Sequence record: NC_027402.1
Length of the DNA stretch: 64,000 bases
Reading direction: 5' to 3' (one strand)
The first letter of the stretch is position 1; each line of letters begins with the position of its first letter. This document shows positions 54,961 to 64,000 of this stretch, piece after piece. The notes under the pieces are model-generated. The model ran no database searches. It worked only from the letters and a program-made list of their open reading frames with translations, and was not told the origin of the DNA. The translations under genes and the position numbers were made by a program.

Positions 54961-56220
54961 ATGGCTAACTTTGTAAAAAGTAAACTCGCTCGTGAATCTG
55001 TCGAAGGCGCAGGCACTGTCGTTCCAGATGGCATCGAGCTGCCGGCTGAGTCCGTGGAAGGTACTCTGGCTGACATCGAGCATGACACCAAACCGATCGA
55101 CCAGCTGGACGCAGAAGCAGACGTGCTGGCAGAAGACGGTGACGAAACTGATGCACAGCTGGATGCAGTTGATGCTGCTGAAGCTGCCGCTGACGGCGAA
55201 GGCGAAGATGGCGAAGAGCCAATGGAAGTGGAAGAAGATATGCCTGACGAAGCTGCTGAGCAGCTGGACGTTGCGCAGGAATCTATCCGTAAACGTTGGG
55301 CATTCGATCACCGCGTAAGCGTTGCGCAGGAATCTTACGGCGCACGTAAACGCCGTCAGGTTGCTCGTGAATCACTGTGGGACGACATCAAAGCGTTCCT
55401 GCAGCGTATCTTCGACTGGCTGAAAGAACAAGGCCGTAAAATCAAAGATCGCTGGCTCAAGTTCAGCAACCAGGGTAAATCCATTCAGGCGCGCGCTAAG
55501 AAATATGACGCGGCTCTGCGTGGCCTGGGCAAGCAGAAGAAAGACACCGTTAGCGGTGGGTTCATTAAGAACCTGACCACCGGTGGTAAGTTCGTCGGTA
55601 ACGACATCAATGCACTGAAAGGTGTTCTGTCTACTATCGGCAGCATCTACGGCGAGCAGGATGCAGTGGTCAAAGCTGCAACCAGCATGGTCAGCGCAGT
55701 TGAAGGCGGCAAACTGAACAGCGGCTTCGCAGCAGCGGTTAACAAAGCCACTGCAGGCAAAACGGGCGAAGTTCAACTGCTGGGTAACCAGATCGGTAAA
55801 GCTGACGTGAAAGTGAACGGGGATGACCTGGAAGCTTCCTTCACCGTTATCGATGCTGAAGGCAGCGTAGAAAAATCTGTTTCTACTCCGTCTGCTCAGA
55901 CGCTGTCTTCTCTGGTTGCGTTCTTCAACCAGCTGGGTAAAGCAGTCGAAGAGAACGTGAAAGCGTACCACAAAAATAACCAGGCTCAAGAATCGTACGA
56001 GCGGGCTATTGAGGCGCTGCTGAAACGTATCGACGGCGTGAAGATCGACGACAACGCTGAACTGACTTCCAACGTCCGTGTTGCACGTCGTGCAATCACC
56101 GTTGCGAACCAGTACATCTCCTGGACCGAACGTTGCGTTGCAACTGGCCAGAAAAACCTGATCGCCGGCGTTAACGGCTACATCAGCGCCGGTATCGGTG
56201 CGTACGAAAAGTCTAAGTAA
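54961..56220 (+). CDS. Major head ejection/inner-body protein (gp54; paralog of gp53)
   Basis: Same first 15 aa as gp53; ARE-12, AQE-107, AQE-124, ARE-137; shared C-terminus GAYEKSK. Confidence 0.85.
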   Translation: MANFVKSKLARESVEGAGTVVPDGIELPAESVEGTLADIEHDTKPIDQLDAEADVLAEDGDETDAQLDAVDAAEAAADGEGEDGEEPMEVEEDMPDEAAEQLDVAQESIRKRWAFDHRVSVAQESYGARKRRQVARESLWDDIKAFLQRIFDWLKEQGRKIKDRWLKFSNQGKSIQARAKKYDAALRGLGKQKKDTVSGGFIKNLTTGGKFVGNDINALKGVLSTIGSIYGEQDAVVKAATSMVSAVEGGKLNSGFAAAVNKATAGKTGEVQLLGNQIGKADVKVNGDDLEASFTVIDAEGSVEKSVSTPSAQTLSSLVAFFNQLGKAVEENVKAYHKNNQAQESYERAIEALLKRIDGVKIDDNAELTSNVRVARRAITVANQYISWTERCVATGQKNLIAGVNGYISAGIGAYEKSK

Positions 56221-56232
56221 TTAGACTGGCGA

Positions 56233-56271
56233 ATCCCCCACTTCGGTGGGGGATTTACCCTTTCTTTTTTT
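56233..56271 (+). terminator. Rho-independent terminator
   Basis: ATCCCCCAC-TTCG-GTGGGGGAT plus downstream T-run. Confidence 0.8.
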
Positions 56272-56293
56272 GTCTCAGATTAGAAAAGATTTC

Positions 56294-56305
56294 AGATATA
56301 TATTA
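56294..56305 (+). promoter_or_regulatory. Putative early promoter
   Basis: AGATATATTACC followed by TAGGTGAGAT, nearly identical to the 4431-4450 copy. Confidence 0.65.
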
Positions 56306-56356
56306 CCTAGGTGAGATTGCATTGGTAATCTTTTAACCGACTATCACTTAAGGAAT

Positions 56357-57118
56357 ATGAAAATGAAAACTATCAATCTGCTTACTCTGGCTAATGGCTC
56401 TATCGAACGTAGCGAAGACGACGGTGCTATCCTGCAAGCAACCAACGGCTTTAAAATTAGACTGTCCCCAATTCAATTCACCGGCTTACAAGTCTGGCTG
56501 CGCGAAATCGACAAACGCAAACTGCCGCGCCGTATGGCGGTTGGTGACCTGCTCTTTACACTGGATAACGTTGACGGTGTTAAACCGGAACTGTACGAAG
56601 TTCAGTACAAAGCCGCAGTCGATACACTGCGACTGAAGAAAGGGGAAGAAATCAAATTCATTCCGGTGACCTATAATGGCAACAATTACCTGCAGATGGA
56701 AGACACCCCGTTCGCTGCGCACGTCACTGACACTGCCGTTGAATTGGTCATTGCCTTTGGTCTGGTTGCGACTCCGGCGGTACTGGAAATCAGCGAAGAC
56801 CCACTGCAAGATTTCGGTACGCTGTTCGATACCATGCTGGGTGGCATGAAGCTCGGGAATATCACCAAGGTCATCCGCCGTATTCCGATTCTGAATGCGC
56901 AGCCGAAAGTGATGACCCTGGCAGAAAGCATGACGGAACACCCAGAGCTGACTGCTGAAGAAATTCAGGCGCAAGAAGACGCAATTGAAGAAGAACGTCA
57001 GAACGCCCAGCGTGAAGCCATGAAGCCGTTCCGTGGTTTCCTGGATGCTATCTTCGACTGTGCGAACTCGCTGATGAAACCAGTTGAAGTGAAAACCGCT
57101 GAAGAACCAGCAGCGTAA
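56357..57118 (+). CDS. Hypothetical protein (gp55)
   Basis: SD AAGGA; codon-biased ORF. Confidence 0.8.
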   Translation: MKMKTINLLTLANGSIERSEDDGAILQATNGFKIRLSPIQFTGLQVWLREIDKRKLPRRMAVGDLLFTLDNVDGVKPELYEVQYKAAVDTLRLKKGEEIKFIPVTYNGNNYLQMEDTPFAAHVTDTAVELVIAFGLVATPAVLEISEDPLQDFGTLFDTMLGGMKLGNITKVIRRIPILNAQPKVMTLAESMTEHPELTAEEIQAQEDAIEEERQNAQREAMKPFRGFLDAIFDCANSLMKPVEVKTAEEPAA

Positions 57119-57176
57119 ATATTACGTTAGCCTGAAACCGTATGTATTCGACCATTAATCTTAAGGAGTATTTATA

Positions 57177-57722
57177 ATGAAACGTGTCAATCTTAAAGAT
57201 ATTATTAGCGTAAGTAACGATAAATCATCGCCCCTTTGGGATGAGGTTACTACGCTGCAATTTAGTACCAGTGTCATGTCAATCCCACGTCCAGTTATGA
57301 TTGGTCTGGGCGTATTCGTTTTAGAATGCGACCGTCGTGCAGCAGGCACGCACATTCTAACGTACGGTGGGTACGAGTTTGTCGTCGAAAGCGAACTTAA
57401 CAAACATTGCTCAGAGGGCATCATCGGTCTTTGGAAATACTTAATCGATGCGGGATTGTCCGACATGTCTAAAGTCTGTAGTCACGATTACGGTAAGTTG
57501 GAACATTTTGTTCGTCGTAACGGTGAGCGTGTTCCGGTGACGATTGATGGTTACCAGACCAAAATGGTCACCGCGCCTTACAGCGCTGAGGGGATACGTG
57601 CAACGCTTTACATTCGCCAGACGCTCGTACGTGATGACCTGTTAGACGAAGCAGAGCAAACTCTACATGGTCGTGTTGTGAACCTCGCACCGTCTTACGA
57701 CGCGCAGCGTATGGTTCAATGA
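57177..57722 (+). CDS. Hypothetical protein (gp56)
   Basis: SD AAGGAG. Confidence 0.8.
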   Translation: MKRVNLKDIISVSNDKSSPLWDEVTTLQFSTSVMSIPRPVMIGLGVFVLECDRRAAGTHILTYGGYEFVVESELNKHCSEGIIGLWKYLIDAGLSDMSKVCSHDYGKLEHFVRRNGERVPVTIDGYQTKMVTAPYSAEGIRATLYIRQTLVRDDLLDEAEQTLHGRVVNLAPSYDAQRMVQ

Positions 57723-57728
57723 TTTAAT

Positions 57729-57758
57729 AAGGTGGCCTAACAAGCCACCTTCTTTTTT
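57729..57758 (+). terminator. Rho-independent terminator
   Basis: AAGGTGGC-CTAACAA-GCCACCTT plus T-run. Confidence 0.8.
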
Positions 57759-57766
57759 GGGATTGT

Positions 57767-58141
57767 GTGATGACTGATAAATTTAAATTTGAGATGACGC
57801 CAGAAACCGCAAACGTAGAACCGCAGATTCGCCTCCGTGTACGAGATGACGAATACTGTCTAGCGATAGTTGAAGAAGACCTGGCAGAGGCCTTGTTGCT
57901 GCTCGGCGACAGAGAATGGATTGGCACGCTAACTATTAGGCTTAAGAGGCCGTTGGTTGGTAGTGGGATGTTTGCAGGTTGCTGTACGAACAGTCTGTTG
58001 GTCGAAGTGGATGCCAGAACGGTATCACTGTCGGTGATTCTGGACTATCCGGTGACATTCTCGTATAGCCGTCTTGAATTTAGTCGTTATTTACGCCACG
58101 CAATGAAAGAATTATCTAAAGCCCGTAGGAGCAAACCGTGA
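57767..58141 (+). CDS. Hypothetical protein (gp57)
   Basis: ORF coupled to DHFR by a GTGA overlap. Confidence 0.75.
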   Translation: MMTDKFKFEMTPETANVEPQIRLRVRDDEYCLAIVEEDLAEALLLLGDREWIGTLTIRLKRPLVGSGMFAGCCTNSLLVEVDARTVSLSVILDYPVTFSYSRLEFSRYLRHAMKELSKARRSKP

Positions 58142-58689
58142 AACTCTCTATTATCGTCGCGATGGACCGCAACAACGCCATCGGTAAAAACAACGAACTG
58201 CCGTGGCGTCTGCCTGCCGACCTGGCTAACTTTAAGGCAATCACCACAGGGAAGAACGTTATCATGGGCAGTAAGACCTGGGAATCGTTAGGTTGTCGTC
58301 CTTTGCCTAACCGCGGCAACTTAATTGTTACTCGTAACCCAGAAGGGTACATCAATGGCCGGGAAGAACACACGGACATGCGTTTGGTGACGTTTCACAC
58401 GAGTATTGATTTAGCCATCAAAGCTCTGGAACGTATCGAGAAAGATACCGGGAAAGAGCAAGAGGTGATGATTATTGGTGGCGCATCAGTTTATCAACAA
58501 ACCCTCGCTCGTGCGGATCGTATTTATCTATCGCGTATTGACATTGCTGTTGAAGGTGCAGATGCTTTCTTCCCAGAAATCGACAGAGATGTTTTTCAAG
58601 TCGACTACACCATGACCCATTTACCCGACGGCCAGAAACACACGCACCGTTGGACGTATCAAATTTTAAATCGTATCGCTGGAGTTTAA
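58138..58689 (+). CDS. folA: Dihydrofolate reductase (gp58)
   Basis: IVAMDRNNAIGKNNELPWRLPADLANFK, VIMGSKTWESL, RPLPNR, MIIGGASVYQQ, GADAFFPEI. Confidence 0.97.
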   Translation: MKLSIIVAMDRNNAIGKNNELPWRLPADLANFKAITTGKNVIMGSKTWESLGCRPLPNRGNLIVTRNPEGYINGREEHTDMRLVTFHTSIDLAIKALERIEKDTGKEQEVMIIGGASVYQQTLARADRIYLSRIDIAVEGADAFFPEIDRDVFQVDYTMTHLPDGQKHTHRWTYQILNRIAGV

Positions 58690-58690
58690 A

Positions 58691-59020
58691 GTGGAAAAGA
58701 AATCTGTTAAAGGTTACGTGATGGAAGTAACCCCAAAAGCGGCTGAATTGGCGAAAGAGTATACCGGATGTATCGTGCCACTGACCTCAATCGTGGTGTG
58801 TGAGGGTTCCTTCTATCTCATCTTCGGCAGTAATGAGCCGGTCTATGCGTACATCGATGACCCTGATCGGGTTACAGCCCTCTCTATTGCGATGGGTAAA
58901 ATGGTATCAGACAAGATGATTGAATTCGTTGTCGGGAAAACGATGGACATTATCCGCAATCCGGTTGGACACAGCGGAATAAAATGTAAGAAGTGGCAGC
59001 TAGCTTGGCTGGCACATTAA
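58691..59020 (+). CDS. Hypothetical protein (gp59)
   Basis: SD GGAG before GTG. Confidence 0.7.
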   Translation: MEKKSVKGYVMEVTPKAAELAKEYTGCIVPLTSIVVCEGSFYLIFGSNEPVYAYIDDPDRVTALSIAMGKMVSDKMIEFVVGKTMDIIRNPVGHSGIKCKKWQLAWLAH

Positions 59021-59047
59021 ACGGTTATCTTCTTAAGGAGTATTAAA

Positions 59048-59638
59048 ATGCTTAGTGAACGTGCGCCCCATTTAGAAGCGGCGGTATTGAAAATTGAACG
59101 TGTGAATATCAAATTGTTATCGAACGATGTTGGTCGGGCATCGTACAGTGACTTATGGAGTATCCCCGCACCACCGCGTACGTTGGTGGTGAACTGGTTA
59201 ACGAATCGTTTGGGCTCATGCGATGTTAAAGCCAAGGATGTCGTACTAACGCTACCTGACGGCAAAACAACTACCGGCGATGTGTTGATTGCCAGTGGTT
59301 CTAAATTGCGTATGGGCGATATTCGCTTGGGTGAGTCCTATCGTCCGGACGGTATGCGACCTATGCCGATTGGCGAGGTAGAAAACCGAATTCTGGAAAA
59401 AGAAAGAGTGCTGGCGTTCATACGCCGCCCGCCGGATAGCACGGTGTCGTTTAAGCAACGTAAACCGGCTGCAGACAACACACCCGTTGTCGAGTGGCTC
59501 GAAAAGTATTTTGGCGAATATGGCATCAGTCCTGATGAGGTCATTCTCATCAACGGCCACGCCATGATGCCGTTTAAGCCCAGCCCGTATTACACGATGG
59601 GACAACTGCGCGCTTCCTTCAAAGGGAAAGCGCGCTAA
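59048..59638 (+). CDS. Hypothetical protein (gp60)
   Basis: SD AAGGAG. Confidence 0.8.
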   Translation: MLSERAPHLEAAVLKIERVNIKLLSNDVGRASYSDLWSIPAPPRTLVVNWLTNRLGSCDVKAKDVVLTLPDGKTTTGDVLIASGSKLRMGDIRLGESYRPDGMRPMPIGEVENRILEKERVLAFIRRPPDSTVSFKQRKPAADNTPVVEWLEKYFGEYGISPDEVILINGHAMMPFKPSPYYTMGQLRASFKGKAR

Positions 59639-59644
59639 AGTGTG

Positions 59645-59671
59645 GGGGACTTCGGTCCCCTTTCTTTTTTT
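59645..59671 (+). terminator. Rho-independent terminator
   Basis: GGGGAC-TTCG-GTCCCC plus T-run. Confidence 0.9.
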
Positions 59672-59712
59672 GCGTTTTAGGCCAGTGATATGACTACAAC
59701 GAGGGACAGCTA

Positions 59713-61215
59713 ATGCAACAGTATTTTGAAATTCCATCGTTGGACAAGACCATGCGCAAAGCTGTGGTCGACGGCGTCGTAGAACGTGTGCTAAACGAAT
59801 CTGGTATTGAACGTGCCAGTGTTGTTTTTACGGATAGCTTCAACACCGCCCATCAGCCAGGCTCTACGCTCGGCGATGAGACACCGGTGGACTATTCAGC
59901 ACCGAACCGTGTCTACGTCGAAGTGGAAGAAGAACGTGATGAACGTGCACGCATTAACCGTCAAGTTGGGTTAGCGGCAGAGATTCCATTCTTCCATAAC
60001 CCCGAAGACCAAGTGCGCGCTGCTCCTGTCCGCGTAATGTATAACGTGACCATCACGCTCCGGCGTGTCGGCCCATCGCGCGACGAATTGTTACGTTGGG
60101 CGAACCGCCTGGATTCACTTATCGACATGGGTCGCTATTCGACCATGACGGAATCCGAAGCGTACTACTTGATTCCAAAACCTGCGCTTAAGCTATTGAA
60201 CGAATGCTATATCGCCGCAGGGACCCGTGTGCCGAAGTACGATGACTTTAAAGCCTATCTAAAGGCACATTTCACACCCGACGTTTTCACCACAGGCAAT
60301 GTCGCCGGTGGCCAGAATGTCTTAGCGGTGCGTTATGCACCAACCCGTATCGAGACGGTTTACGATGTTATCTCTCCTACCTGGGATAACGACGAAAACC
60401 ATTACGAGACCAGCTTCGTTATACGCTTCTCGTATCAGCGACCCGAAGAGGTGGTGATTACCTACCCGTACATCATCAACCAGACACCGTTGCCTGATGA
60501 ATGGTGGCCTGAGATAGACCCACCGTTTGTGAGTAATGAAGAGGGTGTGCAACGTCACCAACAGCAAAAGAACCTCGACGGCACTTGGTGGATTAATGAA
60601 TCTCGCCAGTTCTTACGCCTACCGTATCTGCTGTCACCGACAGAACAGTTCGAACGTACACACTCGCCGCTAAAAGCAAAGCTTCTGCATGTGTTCGGCA
60701 CCGATGTAGCCTTCGGTGAAGAAAACATGATCGACCCTGAGGTTTGTAGTATCGATGATTTACCGTATGTCTGGAATGCCGACGTGGTTCCTTATATCGA
60801 GCACTGTCGCACGATAGACCCGACAGGTCAGACGGGCATTATCCGTATGGAATTGTTCGAGAATGGTCAAATCATTGAACCACGTTTCTACCATTGGGAA
60901 AACGGCGTCTTCTCGCTACGTAACCGTGAAGTTCATGTCGAGAAAGCGTACTACTTAACAGAGTCGGCAATACACGACTGGCGTAATATGGACTTATGGC
61001 CACTGCATCTTTATCCAAAAGCGGCAAAAGTGCTTATTGAGTGGTTATTCCCAGATTGGGATTGCCCGGATTGGTGGTGGGATAAACCTGTGTTACCACC
61101 AAGTGTGATTGATGAAATCACGAAGTTCTATCGCCGTGTCCTGTTGACGCAATTTAATACCACGATTATAGCCATCAGAGGAGCCGATAATGCTCAAGGC
61201 GAACAAGAGAGGTGA
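59713..61215 (+). CDS. Virion protein, possibly tail terminator/neck, T4 gp15-like (gp61)
   Basis: PVRVMYNVTITLRRVG resembles the gp15 PVPYNL.F.L.I pattern; TATG motif upstream. Confidence 0.55.
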   Translation: MQQYFEIPSLDKTMRKAVVDGVVERVLNESGIERASVVFTDSFNTAHQPGSTLGDETPVDYSAPNRVYVEVEEERDERARINRQVGLAAEIPFFHNPEDQVRAAPVRVMYNVTITLRRVGPSRDELLRWANRLDSLIDMGRYSTMTESEAYYLIPKPALKLLNECYIAAGTRVPKYDDFKAYLKAHFTPDVFTTGNVAGGQNVLAVRYAPTRIETVYDVISPTWDNDENHYETSFVIRFSYQRPEEVVITYPYIINQTPLPDEWWPEIDPPFVSNEEGVQRHQQQKNLDGTWWINESRQFLRLPYLLSPTEQFERTHSPLKAKLLHVFGTDVAFGEENMIDPEVCSIDDLPYVWNADVVPYIEHCRTIDPTGQTGIIRMELFENGQIIEPRFYHWENGVFSLRNREVHVEKAYYLTESAIHDWRNMDLWPLHLYPKAAKVLIEWLFPDWDCPDWWWDKPVLPPSVIDEITKFYRRVLLTQFNTTIIAIRGADNAQGEQER

Positions 61216-62545
61216 TACTAAATTCGTTCCTGTTGAACCTGAAATTCCGATTATCAATAAACCGCAGGACGGGGTGAAAGAAGCCAGCAACTTGGTAACG
61301 ATTCCAACCCGCACCACGGTAACGGACTTCGACAGGATTCCGAAACAGTATCTCCTGCAATACAACGAAGGTTCTGAATGGCCGGTTGATTTTTATCACG
61401 CGTTGTCGGGTCGCAACGATCCGAAGACGATGTTCGATACTCAGAATGACAGCCCTACGCAACAGCTGCTTAAGATTGTTAATCTGTCATTGCGTGTTAA
61501 CGCACCGCTCGACCGTACGCAGGACGAACAACGTAAGACTTTCGAACTGACCGGGACGTCGACCCTGGTAGCATCGATTACACCGAACGAGGGTGACTTC
61601 TTTGTTGCGCCGATAGGCGACCATCGACACGGACTGTTTAACATCACTGCCGTTACCCGAATGTCGAACAACAAAATTGCAACGTACCAGATACGTTACA
61701 CGATGTTGTACGAGATTACACCGCAGATTGCAGAGACGATTCGTCTGTGCACTGTGAGAACGCTCCATTACGTCCGTGAGCGCGCGTGGACCGGTGGTGA
61801 TACCTTACTGACCCCCAACGAGTATCGTACGTTCCTGGAGCTGGGAGACCGCATTAAGGACATTGAGACGACGTTTGTTCGCCGTTTCTACGATACCAGT
61901 TTAGAAACCCTTGCTTATCCACGCGACTGGAAACTAGACGGGTTAAAGGCAGGTGGCTACTACGACGTCTTCTTGGCGATGTTTGTGAAGGCTATCGGTC
62001 TTCGAACCGTTGGTAAAGATATCCGTATTTACCCACACCCGCCGAAACCTGTGCAGGATATCGAAACGCTGTTCACGGTGCTGTTAAATCAGCAGCCAGA
62101 ACTGCTACCGTACGTCGAGAAAGAATGCAGCGCAGTTAACCCGCGCACATTCAGAACGATGCAGACCCGCAACACTATTGCATGGTCACAGTTCAGTTCG
62201 ACGCGTTTCTTTACATCACAGATTCGTCAGTTGGCAACGTACGATGGGGAGTGGCCAGAGTTCGAAGCATTCGAACCGGTTATGTTCCCTGAGTATCAGG
62301 GCAACGCAGGCGAGGATATGGTGGCTTTTCTGCCGTTGACGTATAAACCCTACCTGTTAAGCGAAACGTTCTATAGCGGCTCGTACAGCTCGGTTCTGGA
62401 GCATTGTTTGTACCTGTATCTGAACAAACAACCAGTACCTAGTGAAGTGGCTGCGCGTTTAGCAGAATTGGTGCTGGCTTTACCGAAGGACAGTCAGTTC
62501 TATTACGTCCCGATGGTCTACGTGATTTTGAAATACGCGAGGTAG
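61190..62545 (+). CDS. Virion neck/head-closure protein, T4 gp14-like (gp62)
   Basis: TPNEGDFFV..GLFNITAV matches the gp14-type PNEGD motif. Confidence 0.6.
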   Translation: MLKANKRGDTKFVPVEPEIPIINKPQDGVKEASNLVTIPTRTTVTDFDRIPKQYLLQYNEGSEWPVDFYHALSGRNDPKTMFDTQNDSPTQQLLKIVNLSLRVNAPLDRTQDEQRKTFELTGTSTLVASITPNEGDFFVAPIGDHRHGLFNITAVTRMSNNKIATYQIRYTMLYEITPQIAETIRLCTVRTLHYVRERAWTGGDTLLTPNEYRTFLELGDRIKDIETTFVRRFYDTSLETLAYPRDWKLDGLKAGGYYDVFLAMFVKAIGLRTVGKDIRIYPHPPKPVQDIETLFTVLLNQQPELLPYVEKECSAVNPRTFRTMQTRNTIAWSQFSSTRFFTSQIRQLATYDGEWPEFEAFEPVMFPEYQGNAGEDMVAFLPLTYKPYLLSETFYSGSYSSVLEHCLYLYLNKQPVPSEVAARLAELVLALPKDSQFYYVPMVYVILKYAR

Positions 62546-62547
62546 TA

Positions 62548-63087
62548 ATGTCGGAGAAGAAGCGCAGTGCAGCATTTATGCTGTTTAAAGCGTGGGTGTT
62601 CTTCCGGGTACCGGAATACGCAACCATCACAACCTACGCCAGTCAGGAACACGGATTGTTCTTGCCAGAAGACCCGAAGAAACGACAAGCGTTGTTACTG
62701 AACATGAAGCCTATCTATCTGCACCCCTCAGAAGCTGCCGAGTATTTAGCGACAGGTGGTGCGTTGGATGTACACGACCCGCATGACGGGATTAAAGTGT
62801 ACGGGTGGATTATGGAACACCTTGCGGACTGGCTGAACTATCTGGAGAACCCGACGCTGATTTACCGGGAAGTCCCTATCGAAGGGTTGCGTCAGTTCAA
62901 TGTGCTGGCTTCGAAACTGTTTCCTGTGGCTAACCGCTACGGGTATTTCAAGAAACCCACCGCAACGATGGCGGACTGTGTTCAGTCGTTATTTGGGCAG
63001 GTCCGCCTGGAGTCTAAACTCCACCGTTTTAATGATACGATTATGAAACGTATTGAGTACGCTTATAGAGCCCGAGGAGGTCGCTAA
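62548..63087 (+). CDS. Conserved hypothetical protein (gp63)
   Basis: SD GAGG; operon position. Confidence 0.75.
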   Translation: MSEKKRSAAFMLFKAWVFFRVPEYATITTYASQEHGLFLPEDPKKRQALLLNMKPIYLHPSEAAEYLATGGALDVHDPHDGIKVYGWIMEHLADWLNYLENPTLIYREVPIEGLRQFNVLASKLFPVANRYGYFKKPTATMADCVQSLFGQVRLESKLHRFNDTIMKRIEYAYRARGGR

Positions 63088-64000
63088 TGTCGTTTGGTCG
63101 GTTACAACATATGGCGAACGGTCACATCGCTAATGCTCGGGGGTTACCGGCTATCGACTACGGGATATTCCTCACGGTACACGGTGCCCCAGTGACGGTG
63201 TTGAAGATGCTGTCTATCATTCACACCGGTCACTTTACGCGTGATATCTGTTTGTTGACACATCTCACCCTGGCTATACCCTACAGCCACATGCGAATGA
63301 TCACATCGTCCGCAGAAGGGGATTTGAAGGTAAAGCTGTTACTGCGGCGTGGACAGAAAATCGCGGGGGTCTTTAACTACCGCGGCATCGTGATAAATAA
63401 CCGCGACCACAACGCGGAATCACCGACGATGTTCTTGAGTCAGTCTGATGAGAAATCTATCGCATTGGTAACATTGGAGCTGATGGATGAGTCGATGTGG
63501 TTTTTGCGTAACCGTCAAGTGGGCGGCATCTACCACGAAACAGATGGGTTAACAGTGGCTCGCTCGATATTGGCGGATACGTTGCCGGAAGGGGTGGCTG
63601 CAGAGGGGCAGTTGAAAGGGATTGAATACGACGAGGAAGAACAGCAGGCATATCGGGACATTGTCATACCCGACTCCGAAGACTTCTTAAGCGTGTTTGA
63701 TTATCTGCAGAACCATTACGGTGTTTACAGCAAAGGTATTGGAGTCTTCCAATACCTACAACGTTGGTATCTGTATCGACCTTGGGACTCGTTGAAGTTT
63801 AATAACACAACGAAGCCTAAACTGGTCATCTATAATCTGCCTCGTGAACAGGCTGCTCACATTGACCGCACCACCGATATCGCGGGTAATGTTATCTATC
63901 TGATTTGTGGCGGCGACACCAGTAGTTTGGAATACCGTGACCAGACCGCGCTTAACCAGGGTACGGGTTACCGGGTAGGGTCTGTACGTGTGTTGGATGG
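63087..64000 (+). CDS. Virion protein, possibly baseplate hub; truncated by window end (gp64)
   Basis: SD GAGGAGG and TAATG coupling; reads MSFGRLQHMANGHIANARG onward with no stop seen; missing from the ORF track. Confidence 0.7.
   Translation, partial: MSFGRLQHMANGHIANARGLPAIDYGIFLTVHGAPVTVLKMLSIIHTGHFTRDICLLTHLTLAIPYSHMRMITSSAEGDLKVKLLLRRGQKIAGVFNYRGIVINNRDHNAESPTMFLSQSDEKSIALVTLELMDESMWFLRNRQVGGIYHETDGLTVARSILADTLPEGVAAEGQLKGIEYDEEEQQAYRDIVIPDSEDFLSVFDYLQNHYGVYSKGIGVFQYLQRWYLYRPWDSLKFNNTTKPKLVIYNLPREQAAHIDRTTDIAGNVIYLICGGDTSSLEYRDQTALNQGTGYRVGSVRVLD

Noticed and set aside
54317-55989. Antisense ORFs over gp53 and gp54, and similar ones over gp50 and gp18
   Set aside because: Same codon-bias shadow effect.
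1-64000. CRISPR array, transposase, integrase, retron or DGR
   Set aside because: No spaced direct repeats, and no DDE, recombinase or reverse-transcriptase motifs in any ORF.

Overview
This 64 kb window is the left part of a phiKZ-like jumbo myophage genome (nucleus-forming Chimalliviridae). Gene order and the head-protein AxE maturation sites (AQE-125, AQE-124) match what I recall of Salmonella phage SPN3US (Seoulvirus); the gp numbers used below follow that recalled order and are an inference. The window opens with a GATC-rich, AT-rich palindromic origin-like element and about 2 kb of largely non-coding, hairpin-dense DNA holding one intact tRNA-Trp and two aberrant tRNA-like genes. The conserved core follows: a split family-B DNA polymerase, chimallin, non-virion RNA polymerase subunits, SbcD-like nuclease, ChmC-like and PicA-like genes, an SF2 helicase, a virion RNAP subunit, baseplate/neck/head ejection proteins, and a small accessory block with DHFR. 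The strongest unexplained signals are: (1) a canonical T TTT TTC -1 slippery site fusing gp39 to the SD-less gp40, a G/GT tail-chaperone-like frameshift; (2) a ~1.3 kb structured RNA island with a tRNA whose anticodon loop is only 3 nt; (3) the oriC-like left-end element; (4) Gly-Leu low-complexity tails on the putative nuclear-import proteins; and (5) recurring promoter motifs. All homology calls come from recognised motifs and synteny, not database searches.
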